A stretch of 64,000 nucleotides of DNA from Dehalococcoidia bacterium (lineage in GTDB: Bacteria; Chloroflexota; Dehalococcoidia; Plut-88900). Shown piece after piece: positions 32,064 through 42,101 of this stretch. The position numbers and the translations under genes were made by a program. Every line of letters starts with the position of its first letter. Position 1 is the stretch's first letter. The stretch spans positions 96,001 to 160,000 of the forward strand of contig CBDBLV010000003.1 in the NCBI GenBank assembly GCA_965207225.1. The letters are read 5' to 3'. The notes beneath the pieces were generated by a model. The model was not told the DNA's origin and made no database searches. It worked only from the letters and a program-made list of their open reading frames with translations.

Positions 32064-34013
32064 ATGGCAGTAGGGGCCATAAGCTTCCTGACAGGCAGGT
32101 GGCGGCGCATAGGGACCAAGCTCTACTTGGCCCTGGGATTTGCCGTAGCCTTGACACTGATCTCGGGCGGAGTAGCGGTCTACTACTTCGAGCAAAGCGG
32201 AGACCACAACTACGACCTGCAGTCCGAAACCGTTCCCGCCCTGGAGTCATCCTGGGTAGCCGCCCGGGAGGCTGAGAGGCTCAGAATCCTGGGCCTGGAA
32301 GTGGCGGCAGATGCGGAGTCGGGGTTCCACCCGCAGGACAGCCAGACCCTCTCCACCACCCTCGGAAGACTGGAAGAAGCGCTGAATGTGGTAAGCGGCG
32401 TGCCTGCCCTCGCAGAGGAAGCGCAGTCAGTGAGCGACGCCGCCTACGACCTTGCGGATGTCATCGATGACCTGGTTGTCGCCCGAGAGTCGCTCCTTAC
32501 CACCGATACCTCAGTACAGGAAGTCAGACTCCGACTGGCCGCCATGTCCTCGGATGTAGGCGACTCAGAAGCGGCGCTATCATTGCTTCGCCAGGCCCTG
32601 GAAGCCCGGGGAGAAGTCGAGCTCCAGGAAATGTTCGATGCATTCTCGGTGGTCCATGCCACCGGCATAGACCCGGAGGTATCGGCCCTCGGGGGAGGCA
32701 CGGGTGTCTTCTACATTCGGGGACAGCAGCTTGTCCTGGAAGAGAACATCAGGGAGCTCGCTACGTCCTTCGATCTCTCGAGCGAAGAGCTGCAGTCTTC
32801 GGTCACAACGCTCCTGGAGGCTTCCGGCGCCGAGTCCTCCGAAGCCCTCGGCCTCGCCATAAGCAGCTTCGACGAAGGCCGCACCTTGCTGGCAGGAATC
32901 AGCGTAATCAGCGTAATAGCCGCCACGCTGGCCGCCTGGGTATGGGTCGGGAACGGCATGGTCCGCAGGCTGTCCCGCATGTCGGAACGGATGCGCAACA
33001 TGGCCGATGGAGACCTGGAGACGCCGGTCCCCGAAGTTGGTCGGGACGAAATTGGAGAGCTGGCCGGCGCCCTCGAAGTCTTTAGGCAGCAGGCGCTGGA
33101 AGTGCAGCGCCTGAACCTGGTGGAAAAGCTCTATGAAGACCTGCGTGTAGCCAACGAGGAGCTGAAGCGCCTCCAGGCGCGGCTTGTAGCCCAGGAGAAG
33201 CTGGCCGCCCTGGGTGAACTGGTGTCCGGGGTAGCCCACGAAATAAGCAACCCCCTGAACTTTGTCAACAACTTCTCCGAGGGCTCGCTGGAGCTTTATG
33301 GCGAACTCACAGAGATGCTGGATAACTACAGGGACAGGATGTCGGAGGACGACACTGCTCTGCTGGACGACATAACCGAGGAGATGAACACGAGCCTGAA
33401 ACGGGTGCTGTCCAACGGGGGGCGAGCCCTCGCCATCGTTGAAAGGATGAGAGGATTTGGCGTAATAGGCGGCGAGGCCGCCCCGGTGGAACTGAACGGG
33501 GCATTGAGAGAGGCCGTGCTCTCCGGCTGCAGTACCCTGAACTCGGAGTGGGAAGGATTCTCGATACAACCCGTCTTTGACATGGATCCCGAGGTTGGGG
33601 AGATGACATTGGTGGAGCGTGACTTCGATGAGGCGATACTGAACCTGGTGTCGAATTCATACTTCGCCATGCACGAAAAGAGCCGCGCATCCGAAGGCTA
33701 CGAACCTGCACTGTTCATTTCCACCCGGCGCATAGACGATACGGTCGAGATTCGAGTGCGGGACAATGGGCCGGGTATACCTGATGACATTGTTGGCCGT
33801 ATATTCAATCCTTTCTTCTCCACCCGAGACGGCGCAGTGGGGGCCGGACTGGGACTTCCTTTGGCGGCGGACGTGGCCCGCAGATACGGCGGCGACCTAT
33901 CTGTGGATACGGTTCACGGGGAGTACGCGGAGTTCCTGATGACCCTCCAGCTAACCGGGGAAGACGCCGTCGAACCCGCCGACCAGGGCGCCCTCGTCCA
34001 GGAGCCGGCTTAG
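32064..34013 (+). CDS. Membrane sensor histidine kinase with HAMP domain
   Basis: 2 TM; GRDEIGELA; H-box VAHEISNPLNF; NLVSNS, DNGPGI, FNPFFST, GAGLGL. Confidence 0.92.
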   Translation: MAVGAISFLTGRWRRIGTKLYLALGFAVALTLISGGVAVYYFEQSGDHNYDLQSETVPALESSWVAAREAERLRILGLEVAADAESGFHPQDSQTLSTTLGRLEEALNVVSGVPALAEEAQSVSDAAYDLADVIDDLVVARESLLTTDTSVQEVRLRLAAMSSDVGDSEAALSLLRQALEARGEVELQEMFDAFSVVHATGIDPEVSALGGGTGVFYIRGQQLVLEENIRELATSFDLSSEELQSSVTTLLEASGAESSEALGLAISSFDEGRTLLAGISVISVIAATLAAWVWVGNGMVRRLSRMSERMRNMADGDLETPVPEVGRDEIGELAGALEVFRQQALEVQRLNLVEKLYEDLRVANEELKRLQARLVAQEKLAALGELVSGVAHEISNPLNFVNNFSEGSLELYGELTEMLDNYRDRMSEDDTALLDDITEEMNTSLKRVLSNGGRALAIVERMRGFGVIGGEAAPVELNGALREAVLSGCSTLNSEWEGFSIQPVFDMDPEVGEMTLVERDFDEAILNLVSNSYFAMHEKSRASEGYEPALFISTRRIDDTVEIRVRDNGPGIPDDIVGRIFNPFFSTRDGAVGAGLGLPLAADVARRYGGDLSVDTVHGEYAEFLMTLQLTGEDAVEPADQGALVQEPA

Positions 34014-34060
34014 ATCAGGGCCCATCCAATACCTCCCGTAATTCCCAGGCTGGCCTTGTC

Positions 34061-35023
34061 CTAGCGTCTCCTGAATATCAGGTAGGAGAACACCCCCGCG
34101 GCGAAGGCGCTGGTCGCCGCCTGAATCACAATTAGGGTCGTGCGCCTGCGCGGAGAGGATGCTATTCCTCCCAGCGTATTCCGGATCCGCGGCAGTGCAT
34201 CCCCGATTACCGGCACCGCCGGCTCCTCCAGTTCCGAGGTCCCAGACCCCGAGGTCGGTGCTGCCGTGGTGACTGGTGCAGGCCCTGGGGTGAAGGTAGA
34301 CGCAGGAGTTGAAGTCGGGGCAGGCGTGGCAGTCGGGATGGGTACGGGCGTGGGCACAGGAGTAGGGGTCGGGGTGGGAGTGGGGGTTGGGGTGGGAGTG
34401 GGGGTTGGGGTGGGTGTAGGTGTTGGCGTAGGAGTAGGTGTTGGCGTAGGAGTAGGTGTTGGTGTGGGCGTGGGAGTGGGCGTTGGGATAGGTGTAGGGG
34501 TAGAGGTCGGCACAGGCGTCGCCGTGGGTGGGGGAGGGGGAGTTGGGGTCGCCTCTACTTCGCGCGTTGGAATAGGAGTGGGTGTTGGGGTAGGTGTGGA
34601 CGTGGGAGGCGGTGGCGGCGGGGGTGGAGGAGGCGGAGGTGGGGGTGGGGGGGGTTGCGCGGGACCGCTCTCAACTATGTCACACCAATCGCTGGGGTCG
34701 CTCCCGCAAGGGAACTGACATTCATGCCCACCAATGCTAACGGCGCAACTGGGATTATTGAGTGAAGTGGGAGGCGGCGGGGGAAGACCTCTGTTGTCGC
34801 AGGGGACGGTAGTACTGGTGGTATCCCCATTTTCGTCTTCGTAGTAGTAAGTGCACTGCAGACCGTCTTGGGCGTTTGCGCGTAGATCAAGCCCGACAGC
34901 TATGGCACCAAAGACCATAGCGACAATGAAGCCGCCCAGTGCAAACTTCAAACACCCCGATTTGGCAATTATCATCAGGAAGCTAGGTATCCGAGTCCGT
35001 CCCGCTTCAGCTTTTGGTCGCAA
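34061..35023 (-). CDS. Exported Pro/Thr-rich membrane-anchored protein (start uncertain)
   Basis: Signal-like N-terminus, Cys-rich head, poly-P and (PT)n stalk, C-terminal TM plus RRR. Confidence 0.7.
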   Translation of the reverse strand: MRPKAEAGRTRIPSFLMIIAKSGCLKFALGGFIVAMVFGAIAVGLDLRANAQDGLQCTYYYEDENGDTTSTTVPCDNRGLPPPPPTSLNNPSCAVSIGGHECQFPCGSDPSDWCDIVESGPAQPPPPPPPPPPPPPPPPPTSTPTPTPTPIPTREVEATPTPPPPPTATPVPTSTPTPIPTPTPTPTPTPTPTPTPTPTPTPTPTPTPTPTPTPTPTPTPTPVPTPVPIPTATPAPTSTPASTFTPGPAPVTTAAPTSGSGTSELEEPAVPVIGDALPRIRNTLGGIASSPRRRTTLIVIQAATSAFAAGVFSYLIFRRR

Positions 35024-35396
35024 GTCAGTCTGCCCCTACCTCACTCCCCCGAGAACATAGGCTACAAGCATATCGACTTTGCTCAGCTCAGATGAGACTG
35101 GCCATAGGTCGAGAAGTTGACCCGTCAGCTTGACAAGGTTCAAAACCCTGCCTTAACCCAATTATATGCCCACCTTTAATATCCACACAGCTAATATAGC
35201 CACCCGTGCTTTATTATTCTCAACCCGCTCCTCGTCATAGGCCGGGCGGTTGATTCGGCGCTTTTGCACTGCCTTCCCGCGCTCCACGCACCCTTGACCA
35301 TTTGTATCCCCTCCCCTCTATTCGAAGTTCAGGTTAGACCGCCGTGAGAAGTCGGTGTCTATCATCCGCCAGACATGCAATCTACCTTCGTTTCCA

Positions 35397-35425
35397 TTGA
35401 CACTATGACCCGTCGGGACTAGAAT
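35397..35425 (+). promoter_or_regulatory. Sigma70-type promoter
   Basis: TTGACA-17 nt-TAGAAT. Confidence 0.8.
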
Positions 35426-35434
35426 TTCTCAGGT

Positions 35435-35461
35435 TTAGCACTCGTATTGGCGGAGTGCTAA
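35435..35461 (+). promoter_or_regulatory. CIRCE element (HrcA operator)
   Basis: Perfect TTAGCACTC-N9-GAGTGCTAA. Confidence 0.95.
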
Positions 35462-35480
35462 ACGTATCTCGGAGGACCGA

Positions 35481-35810
35481 ATGCCTTTATACGACTACGA
35501 ATGCCTGACCTGCAGCCGCCGCTTCGAGGTGCGCCAGAGTGTCAGCGAGGTTGGCAACGCACCTTGCCCCACCTGCGCATCCGATTCCCGCCGTGTCTTC
35601 CACTCCGTCCCCATCCTCTTCAAGGGCTCCGGCTTCTACTCCACCGACCACCGCAAAGGCCAGGCCAGCTCAACTGCCAACGGCAAGGAGGAGTCTTCCG
35701 ATTCTTCCTCCGAGTCCAAATCCGACTCCAAGCCCAAGTCCGAGTCCTCCTCTTCCGACAAGTCCTCAGAGAAGAGCGCCGACAAGGTAGCCTCCACCTC
35801 CGACACCTAA
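35481..35810 (+). CDS. FmdB-family zinc-ribbon protein
   Basis: MPLYDYECLTC..CPTC..FKGSGFYSTD, Ser/Lys-rich tail. Confidence 0.92.
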   Translation: MPLYDYECLTCSRRFEVRQSVSEVGNAPCPTCASDSRRVFHSVPILFKGSGFYSTDHRKGQASSTANGKEESSDSSSESKSDSKPKSESSSSDKSSEKSADKVASTSDT

Positions 35811-35816
35811 GTCCAC

Positions 35817-36284
35817 TTGAAGGCTCTCCTCCAAAGAGTCTCCCGCGCTTCCGTCACCGTTGATGGCGACTCCGTAGGAAGCATCGACACGGGCCTTTGC
35901 CTTTTCCTCTGTGTCAAGCAGGACGATACCCGTGAAGACGCCGACTACCTGAAGGAAAAGACTCTCCACCTCAGGATCTTCCCCGACAACGCCGGACGCT
36001 TTGACAGGTCCGTTCTCGATATCTCAGGCGGCCTCCTCGTCATCAGCCAGTTCACATTGGCAGCGGACACCAGGAGGGGTCGGAGGCCAGGTTTCACTCG
36101 GGCCGCTCAGCCGGACGTCGCCGAGCCGATGCTCGAATATTTCCTAGGGCAGTGCCGGGCTTCGGGCCTCAACGTGGAAACCGGCCGTTTCGGGGCCCAC
36201 ATGCAGGTCGACCTCTGCAACGACGGCCCGGTCACAATCTGGCTCGACAGCCGGGACAGGCACACTTCCCGCCGAAATTCCTAA
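35817..36284 (+). CDS. dtd: D-aminoacyl-tRNA deacylase
   Basis: LQRVSRASV, SQFTL, GRRPGF, FGAHMQV, NDGPVT. Confidence 0.95.
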   Translation: MKALLQRVSRASVTVDGDSVGSIDTGLCLFLCVKQDDTREDADYLKEKTLHLRIFPDNAGRFDRSVLDISGGLLVISQFTLAADTRRGRRPGFTRAAQPDVAEPMLEYFLGQCRASGLNVETGRFGAHMQVDLCNDGPVTIWLDSRDRHTSRRNS

Positions 36285-36289
36285 CCCTT

Positions 36290-37597
36290 CTACCCCACAA
36301 AATTCCTCGGTGGGCTTATCGGGACCCCTTCCGCGAAGCGGCTCGGCCTGAATGCGCTGATGTCTATCGACGTCTTCCCGTCCACAATCAGCTCCGATAT
36401 CAGCTTCCCGCTCATTGGCCCCATAGCAAACCCGTGCCCCGAGAACCCCGCCGCCACTACGTAACCCTTTGGCCTGCCCACCTCCCCGAATACCGGCAGC
36501 ATGTCGGGTGTCAGGTCAATCAGCCCCGCCCACGCCCTCTCCTCGCGCACACCCTCAAGCCACGGAATGGTCTTGACCAGCCACTTCAGCCCCTCGTCAA
36601 CCGTCTTCCGGTTCACCCTGGGCTCGACATCCGAACGCAGCGGCCACGGCCTTCCTATCCGATTTACCAGCGGCAGTCTGGCGTGAACACTCCGAGGCAG
36701 CGCCCGACCCACGTGGAACTTGACCAGTTTGTGGTGCCGGACAATCTGTGGCAGCCACACACGGATATTGTCGAAGGTCTCCCGGGTCACGTCGTAGTCC
36801 CGGGGGTGGTTGTAGCCCCGGGTGAAGAGGATCCCGCCCCCCGGTTCCTGCCTGAACCCCGAATTCGGGCCCCGCACGAAGGGCATTATCCTCTTCGATA
36901 CAGGCTCCGTGATGGCCTGCGTCTGCCGGATGATTCTCACCGGAAACCGCTGCCCCACCTTCCTCCCAACGTGGTTGGCCCACACCCCCGCCGCATTTAC
37001 CACCCAGCCCGTATCAATCCTGCCCAGGTCCGTCTTCACTGATGTCACCCGGCCGTCCCGGGTCTCAATGTCTAACGCAGCGCAATTTGTGAGTACCTCC
37101 ACCCCCGATTCCCTCGCCGCCATCTCGAAAGCCTTGGTGCTTCTCGTTGGGTCCGCATGCCCGTCCGACGGTGAATAGAGCGACCCGATTACCGGGGCCG
37201 TTAGGCCGGGCACCAGCTCCCGGGTCTCCTCGGGGCTGATGATATAGGAGTCGACCCTGTGCTCCTTGGCCAGCCGCGCCCCCCGCTCTATCTCCTTCAT
37301 GTCAGCCTCGTTCTCCACGTAGAGCAGGTTCCCACCCGAAACATACCCGATGTCTGCGTTCAGCTCCTTCTCCAGACTCTCCCACATCTTGATGCACTCC
37401 AGCATGAACGGGAACTCCGTCGGGTTCCGACCCTGCACCCGCACCCCTCCCGTGTTCCGCCCCGACGCCTCCCCAGCCGTATCGCCCTTCTCCACCACCG
37501 TGACCCGCTTGCCCTTCTTCGCCAGGTAATAGGCTGCGGCGCATCCCGTTATCCCCCCACCGATGATTACCACATCCGTTTCTCTGCTCTTCATCAA
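36290..37597 (-). CDS. FAD-dependent amine/amino-acid oxidoreductase (DAO/sarcosine oxidase beta-like)
   Basis: IIGGGITG, ASGRNTGG, TPDMLP, GFSGHGFAMGP. Confidence 0.9.
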   Translation of the reverse strand: MMKSRETDVVIIGGGITGCAAAYYLAKKGKRVTVVEKGDTAGEASGRNTGGVRVQGRNPTEFPFMLECIKMWESLEKELNADIGYVSGGNLLYVENEADMKEIERGARLAKEHRVDSYIISPEETRELVPGLTAPVIGSLYSPSDGHADPTRSTKAFEMAARESGVEVLTNCAALDIETRDGRVTSVKTDLGRIDTGWVVNAAGVWANHVGRKVGQRFPVRIIRQTQAITEPVSKRIMPFVRGPNSGFRQEPGGGILFTRGYNHPRDYDVTRETFDNIRVWLPQIVRHHKLVKFHVGRALPRSVHARLPLVNRIGRPWPLRSDVEPRVNRKTVDEGLKWLVKTIPWLEGVREERAWAGLIDLTPDMLPVFGEVGRPKGYVVAAGFSGHGFAMGPMSGKLISELIVDGKTSIDISAFRPSRFAEGVPISPPRNFVG

Positions 37598-38103
37598 TCT
37601 ACGCCCTCCCCCAACCTTTTCTCCAATTCCCCCACGCGCTGCTTCAACTCGCGTTCTCTCTGCCAGCCCTCAGTTGAATCCCTGACTATCGCAGCCACGC
37701 CCTCCGCCACGCCGTCTTCGGACTTTATCAGGCACACGGTAAACTCCAGCGAGATTCTGCTGCCGTCCCTCCCCATGCCTGGGACGGAAAGAAGCTGGTC
37801 GCCATATCGAGTCTCCCCCGTTTCCATCACCCGACGATAGCCCTCCCAGTGCCTCTCCCTGAACCGCTCCGGTACTATCAGGTCAAGCGTCGACCCCACC
37901 GCTTCCGACTCCCCGTACCCGAAAATCCGCTCCGCCCCCCTGTTCCACAACCGGATGATTCCTTCCCCATCTGCGAAGATGATCCCATCGCTGGACCCAT
38001 CGAATATCTGCTTTAATACTCGGGCCGTGTCCGGTTGCGTTTTCAAGCCGTACCCACCGAATAATGTGCGCCCGATGTTCCCCCCATTTCCGACCATTGT
38101 CAA
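37594..38103 (-). CDS. Stand-alone PAS-domain protein (start uncertain, possibly TTG 38046)
   Basis: DGIIFADGEGIIRLWNRGAERIFGY..LDLIVPERFRERH. Confidence 0.85.
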   Translation of the reverse strand: MTMVGNGGNIGRTLFGGYGLKTQPDTARVLKQIFDGSSDGIIFADGEGIIRLWNRGAERIFGYGESEAVGSTLDLIVPERFRERHWEGYRRVMETGETRYGDQLLSVPGMGRDGSRISLEFTVCLIKSEDGVAEGVAAIVRDSTEGWQRERELKQRVGELEKRLGEGVD

Positions 38104-38145
38104 ACCACCATCAACCCTTCCAGAACCTCCCCAAGGAGCCCCGAC

Positions 38146-38664
38146 ATGCCTGGTGAATTCCGCTATTGCCCCATGTGCCGCTCGACCCTTGGCTCAAAGG
38201 TTAGAGGCGGTAGGCCCCGACCCCAATGCCCGCAATGCGGCTTCGTCCAATACCGTAACCCGGTAGCCGGCGTGGCAGTCATCTGCGCGGGCGAAGAAGG
38301 GGTGCTTATGGGGCGTCGGGCAAAGGGACAGACCCGTGAAGGCCAATGGTGTATCCCCTGCGGCTACGTCGAGTGGGGAGAGGACATCAGGGATGCGGCC
38401 AGGCGTGAGCTGCGGGAAGAGACCGGCTTGGAAATAGAGGTTGGACCCGTCTACGACGTCCACTCCAACTTCCACGATCCCAACTCATTGACGGTCGGCG
38501 TCTGGTTCCTCGGAAAGGTCATCGGCGGCGCCATGAACGCCGCCGATGATGTTGACCTTATCGATTTCTTCCCCCCTCACCACCCCCCGGAACCCCTCGC
38601 CTTTCCCACCGATAAGCTGATCCTCGATAGATTGGCGAGAGAGGGCTTCCCCGACTGGCCTTAG
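38146..38664 (+). CDS. NUDIX hydrolase with N-terminal zinc ribbon
   Basis: YCPMC..CPQCG; GYVEWGEDIRDAARRELREETGL. Confidence 0.92.
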   Translation: MPGEFRYCPMCRSTLGSKVRGGRPRPQCPQCGFVQYRNPVAGVAVICAGEEGVLMGRRAKGQTREGQWCIPCGYVEWGEDIRDAARRELREETGLEIEVGPVYDVHSNFHDPNSLTVGVWFLGKVIGGAMNAADDVDLIDFFPPHHPPEPLAFPTDKLILDRLAREGFPDWP

Positions 38665-40049
38665 CCCGACACCCCCAGCTCCAACTCCAGTTCAGTCAGC
38701 GACCGGTCGACCGCATCCAGGATGTCGTCCACCTGCTCCTTGGTGGCTATCAACGCCGGAGCGATGAACATGGGGAGCCCCCGGTTCAGGTTCTGCGGGC
38801 GTCTCGGGCCCCAGAGACTCGAGTAAAGCGCCAGCCCGTTCTTCAGGGCTATGGACTGGAACACCTCTTCCGCGTTGACCTCGGGTGGGAAGAACTCCAG
38901 CGTCTCCTTGTTGCTGACCAGCTCGGGCACTAGCAGCATGCCCTGGCCCCGGATATCGGCAATGGTCGGGTGGTCAAGCAAAGCTTTGGCCTTGTCGTGC
39001 ATGTATGCCCCTACCTCCGCCGCCTGGTCGACCAGCCCGTCCTTCTCGATGATGTCTATCACCTCAAGCCCGACCGCACAGGCCACCGCGTGCCCCGAGT
39101 AGGTGTACCCGTGCACGAAGTGCCCGCCGTTCTTCACGAAAGTGTCGTTGATTTCGTCCGAAACGGTCACCGCCGCCAGGGGTGCGTAGCAGCTCCCGAT
39201 TCCCTTGGCCGTGACCATCACGTCCGCCTCGACGTCATAGTGCTCCATCCCGAACCACTTGCCCGTCCGGCCCCACCCGGTGATCACTTCGTCGGCTATC
39301 AGTAAAATGTCGTAACGGTCGCATATTTCCCGGATGGTCTGCCAGTATTCGGGAGGCGGGGCCAGCCCGTAGTCCCGACCCTGCGCCAGGGGTGTGGCCA
39401 GAAACGCTGCCACGTGCTGAGGCCCGGCGTAGTAGATCGCCTCTTCCAGCTCCTGGGCGCACTGGATTGCGAAGTCCTTGGGGTCCATGCGGGGTGGGGT
39501 CTCCCTCACGCTGTGCTGGTGTACGTGGGGCCACCTGGTCAGCATGGGCGTAAAGTCCGTCTGGTTCCCCGCCATCCCAGCCACCGACAATGCCCCCAGG
39601 CTCATGCCGTGATAGCTTTCGTAACGGGAAATAACTATGTGCTTCTCGGAGTTGCCCCGCTCCAGGTGGTACTGCCGGGCGACCTTTATCGCCGTCTCCA
39701 CCGCCTCAGAACCCCCCGACGCCAGGAAGGTAGTATTCAAACTCCCCGGCGCCTTCTGGCTGATCCGCTCACACAGCTCCGCCCGAGGCCTGTTCGAAAG
39801 TACCGGGTGGCAATAGGCGAACTTCTCCGCCTGCTTGGTCATTGCCTCGATGACGCGCCGGTCACCGTGGCCCAGGTTCACCGCCATCGGCCCCCCCGAC
39901 ACATCGATGTACCGGTTGCCGTCCTCGTCGTACAGGTAGATCCCCTCGGCCCTCTCCAGCACCGGCGAGAAGGGGTGATAGGAAAAGGCGCGGGCCCAAA
40001 CTCCATCCGGCTCCCTGGTCCCGGGTCTCGGGTTTTCCGTTAGCGTCAT
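38661..40049 (-). CDS. Class III PLP aminotransferase
   Basis: GGSEAVETAIK, SYHG, LIADEVITGWGRTG, VTAKG. Confidence 0.93.
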   Translation of the reverse strand: MTLTENPRPGTREPDGVWARAFSYHPFSPVLERAEGIYLYDEDGNRYIDVSGGPMAVNLGHGDRRVIEAMTKQAEKFAYCHPVLSNRPRAELCERISQKAPGSLNTTFLASGGSEAVETAIKVARQYHLERGNSEKHIVISRYESYHGMSLGALSVAGMAGNQTDFTPMLTRWPHVHQHSVRETPPRMDPKDFAIQCAQELEEAIYYAGPQHVAAFLATPLAQGRDYGLAPPPEYWQTIREICDRYDILLIADEVITGWGRTGKWFGMEHYDVEADVMVTAKGIGSCYAPLAAVTVSDEINDTFVKNGGHFVHGYTYSGHAVACAVGLEVIDIIEKDGLVDQAAEVGAYMHDKAKALLDHPTIADIRGQGMLLVPELVSNKETLEFFPPEVNAEEVFQSIALKNGLALYSSLWGPRRPQNLNRGLPMFIAPALIATKEQVDDILDAVDRSLTELELELGVSG

Positions 40050-40118
40050 TTCTTCGTCCTCCTGTCTCGGTGGGTGGGCTTCGGTCCTACAAGTCCCCGG
40101 CGATATTCCAATAGAGTT

Positions 40119-40549
40119 CTAGCCTGATGGCGGCGGCTCATCGAAGGCTTGCCCTTGCCGCTCGGCCTCCACCCTACGTTCGTTCCAGGCCTGCCACAGA
40201 GCCGAAATTTCGTCACGCGCCTCTGTCACAGCCTCCGCTATCTGTCTCTGCTTCCTCTTTTCGAACCATTCTTCCAGTCGCTCTGCCAGTACCAAACCGT
40301 TCCTCCAGACCTCGGTGACTATCAACGCACCAGCCACCGACGGTGGTATCAGCCTCCCAACCCCCACCACGCTGCCAGTACCGTGTCCAATATCCCATCG
40401 GCCTTGACAACGCGGACTTCCTCATATGTTACCAGCCCGGCGCCAATCAGCACCAGAGCTATGAAGACCATGAAATAGAGACTCTTCGTCTCCCTGTCGA
40501 CGCTCCATATCGACTCCCTTTCACTCTCTTCTTTGTTGCTTAGCATCAT
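40119..40549 (-). pseudogene. Small membrane protein split by a frameshift in a G5 run (real or sequencing error)
   Basis: ORFs 40349-40549 and 40119-40370 join (..AAWWG/VGRLIPP..) if one G is added at 40361-40365. Confidence 0.55.
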
Positions 40550-40715
40550 TCAATCAGTTTAGTCGGTGTGCTGATGCATTAACGTGATTACATAGGACTA
40601 TAGCGCACTCCAACTGTACCCTGTGCTGTCAAGCAAACCCTCACCCCCCACACCTGACACCCCCACCCCCTTGGCAGTATCATTCCCCCAACTCCCCTTC
40701 GCCGGAGGCCGTCAC

Positions 40716-41927
40716 ATGGAACCGCCCCTGAAAGGCATCCGAGTCCTCGAGGTCGCCAACTGGCTCGCCATACCCTCCTGCGGCGCCATGATGGCCGACA
40801 TGGGCGCCGACGTTATAAAGGTCGAGGCCCTCCAGGGCGATACATTCCGCACCGAGATACGGGACGCAGACTTCGGCACGCCTTTCCCCATCAGCTACGC
40901 CTTCGAGATGGACAACCGCGGCAAGCGCTCCATGGCCCTCGACCTCTCCCGACCCGGGGCCCAGGAGGCCGTCCACAAGCTCGCCGCCAGGGCTGACGTC
41001 TTTACCACCAACCTCATACCCCGACGCCAGGAAGCCTTCCACCTTACCTACGAGGAGCTTTCCAAAGATCACCCCCGACTCATCTACCTCTCCTTCAACG
41101 GCTACGGGAACAAAGGCCCCGAAAAGGACCGCACCGGTTTCGACTACACAGCCTTCTGGACCCGCTCCGGCGCCATGTCCCTCTTCAGCCGACCCGGCGA
41201 AGACCCCGTCAACCTCCGCTCCGGTTTCGGCGACCATACCAGCGCCACGGCGCTTTTGGCAGGTGTGATGACCGCGCTTTGGGTCAGGGAGAGGACGGGC
41301 CGGGGGCAGACGGTCTCTACTTCCCTGCTCAACATGGGACTCTGGGTCGTTGGCGGCGATCTGTCCCGCTCTCTCTACGCTCGACAACACCCCTTCCAGT
41401 GGAGGCGTGAGGAGTCGCCTAACCCCCTCCAGAACACCTATCAGACCAGGGACGGCAAGTGGATAAACGTCGTCTCGCCCAATACCAACGAGAAATGGGC
41501 CGGGTTCTGCAAGGCCATTGGCCGAGAAGATCTCACCACCGACGCAAAGTCCTCTGAGCCCCTCGCCCGACGCGAAAACGCCCTCGAACTCATCCCCGAC
41601 CTCGACTCCACCCTCGCTCGCTTCACCCTGGCTGAGCTCCGCCCGCGCCTCGACGCCAATGGCGTTATCTGGGCCCCCATGCAGGACCTCATGGAGTCCA
41701 TGCACGACCCCCAGGTCCGCGCCAACGACTTCATCGTCACCGTCGACCACCCCACCCACGGCCCCTACGAGACCTTGGCCACCCCCCTGAAGTTCAGCGA
41801 AAGCGAGGTTAAACCCCGCGGCGCCGCCCCCGAGATGGGCCAGCACACCGAGCAAGTCCTCGTTGACGAACTCGGTTACTCCTGGGAAGAAATCGAGTCC
41901 CTCCGCGAAGACGGCGCCATCAACTAA
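40716..41927 (+). CDS. Class III CoA-transferase (CaiB/BaiF)
   Basis: ADMGADVIKVE, NRGKRS, catalytic GFGD, APEMGQHT; GGAGG RBS. Confidence 0.92.
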   Translation: MEPPLKGIRVLEVANWLAIPSCGAMMADMGADVIKVEALQGDTFRTEIRDADFGTPFPISYAFEMDNRGKRSMALDLSRPGAQEAVHKLAARADVFTTNLIPRRQEAFHLTYEELSKDHPRLIYLSFNGYGNKGPEKDRTGFDYTAFWTRSGAMSLFSRPGEDPVNLRSGFGDHTSATALLAGVMTALWVRERTGRGQTVSTSLLNMGLWVVGGDLSRSLYARQHPFQWRREESPNPLQNTYQTRDGKWINVVSPNTNEKWAGFCKAIGREDLTTDAKSSEPLARRENALELIPDLDSTLARFTLAELRPRLDANGVIWAPMQDLMESMHDPQVRANDFIVTVDHPTHGPYETLATPLKFSESEVKPRGAAPEMGQHTEQVLVDELGYSWEEIESLREDGAIN

Positions 41928-42101
41928 CCCCCTTCCTACTCTCCCTTTCCCCGTAGCGGCATCCCTCGTGGGCGCCCTCCCCTGGGCGGCGGGGCCGCTC
42001 GTGCTGAGGCACTCGAAGTGCGAGCGGGGGGGTGGCCCACGCACTGCCGACCCCTCACCTTGGCCTCCCACCACCCCCCACTGAGTTATAATCCCCCCAC
42101 C

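Noticed and set aside
34140-34718. (GV)n protein on the + strand
   Set aside because: Antisense shadow of the (PT)n stalk gene
40361-40365. Programmed frameshift in the small membrane gene
   Set aside because: A single G5 run with no stimulatory structure; a homopolymer error or simple decay is more likely
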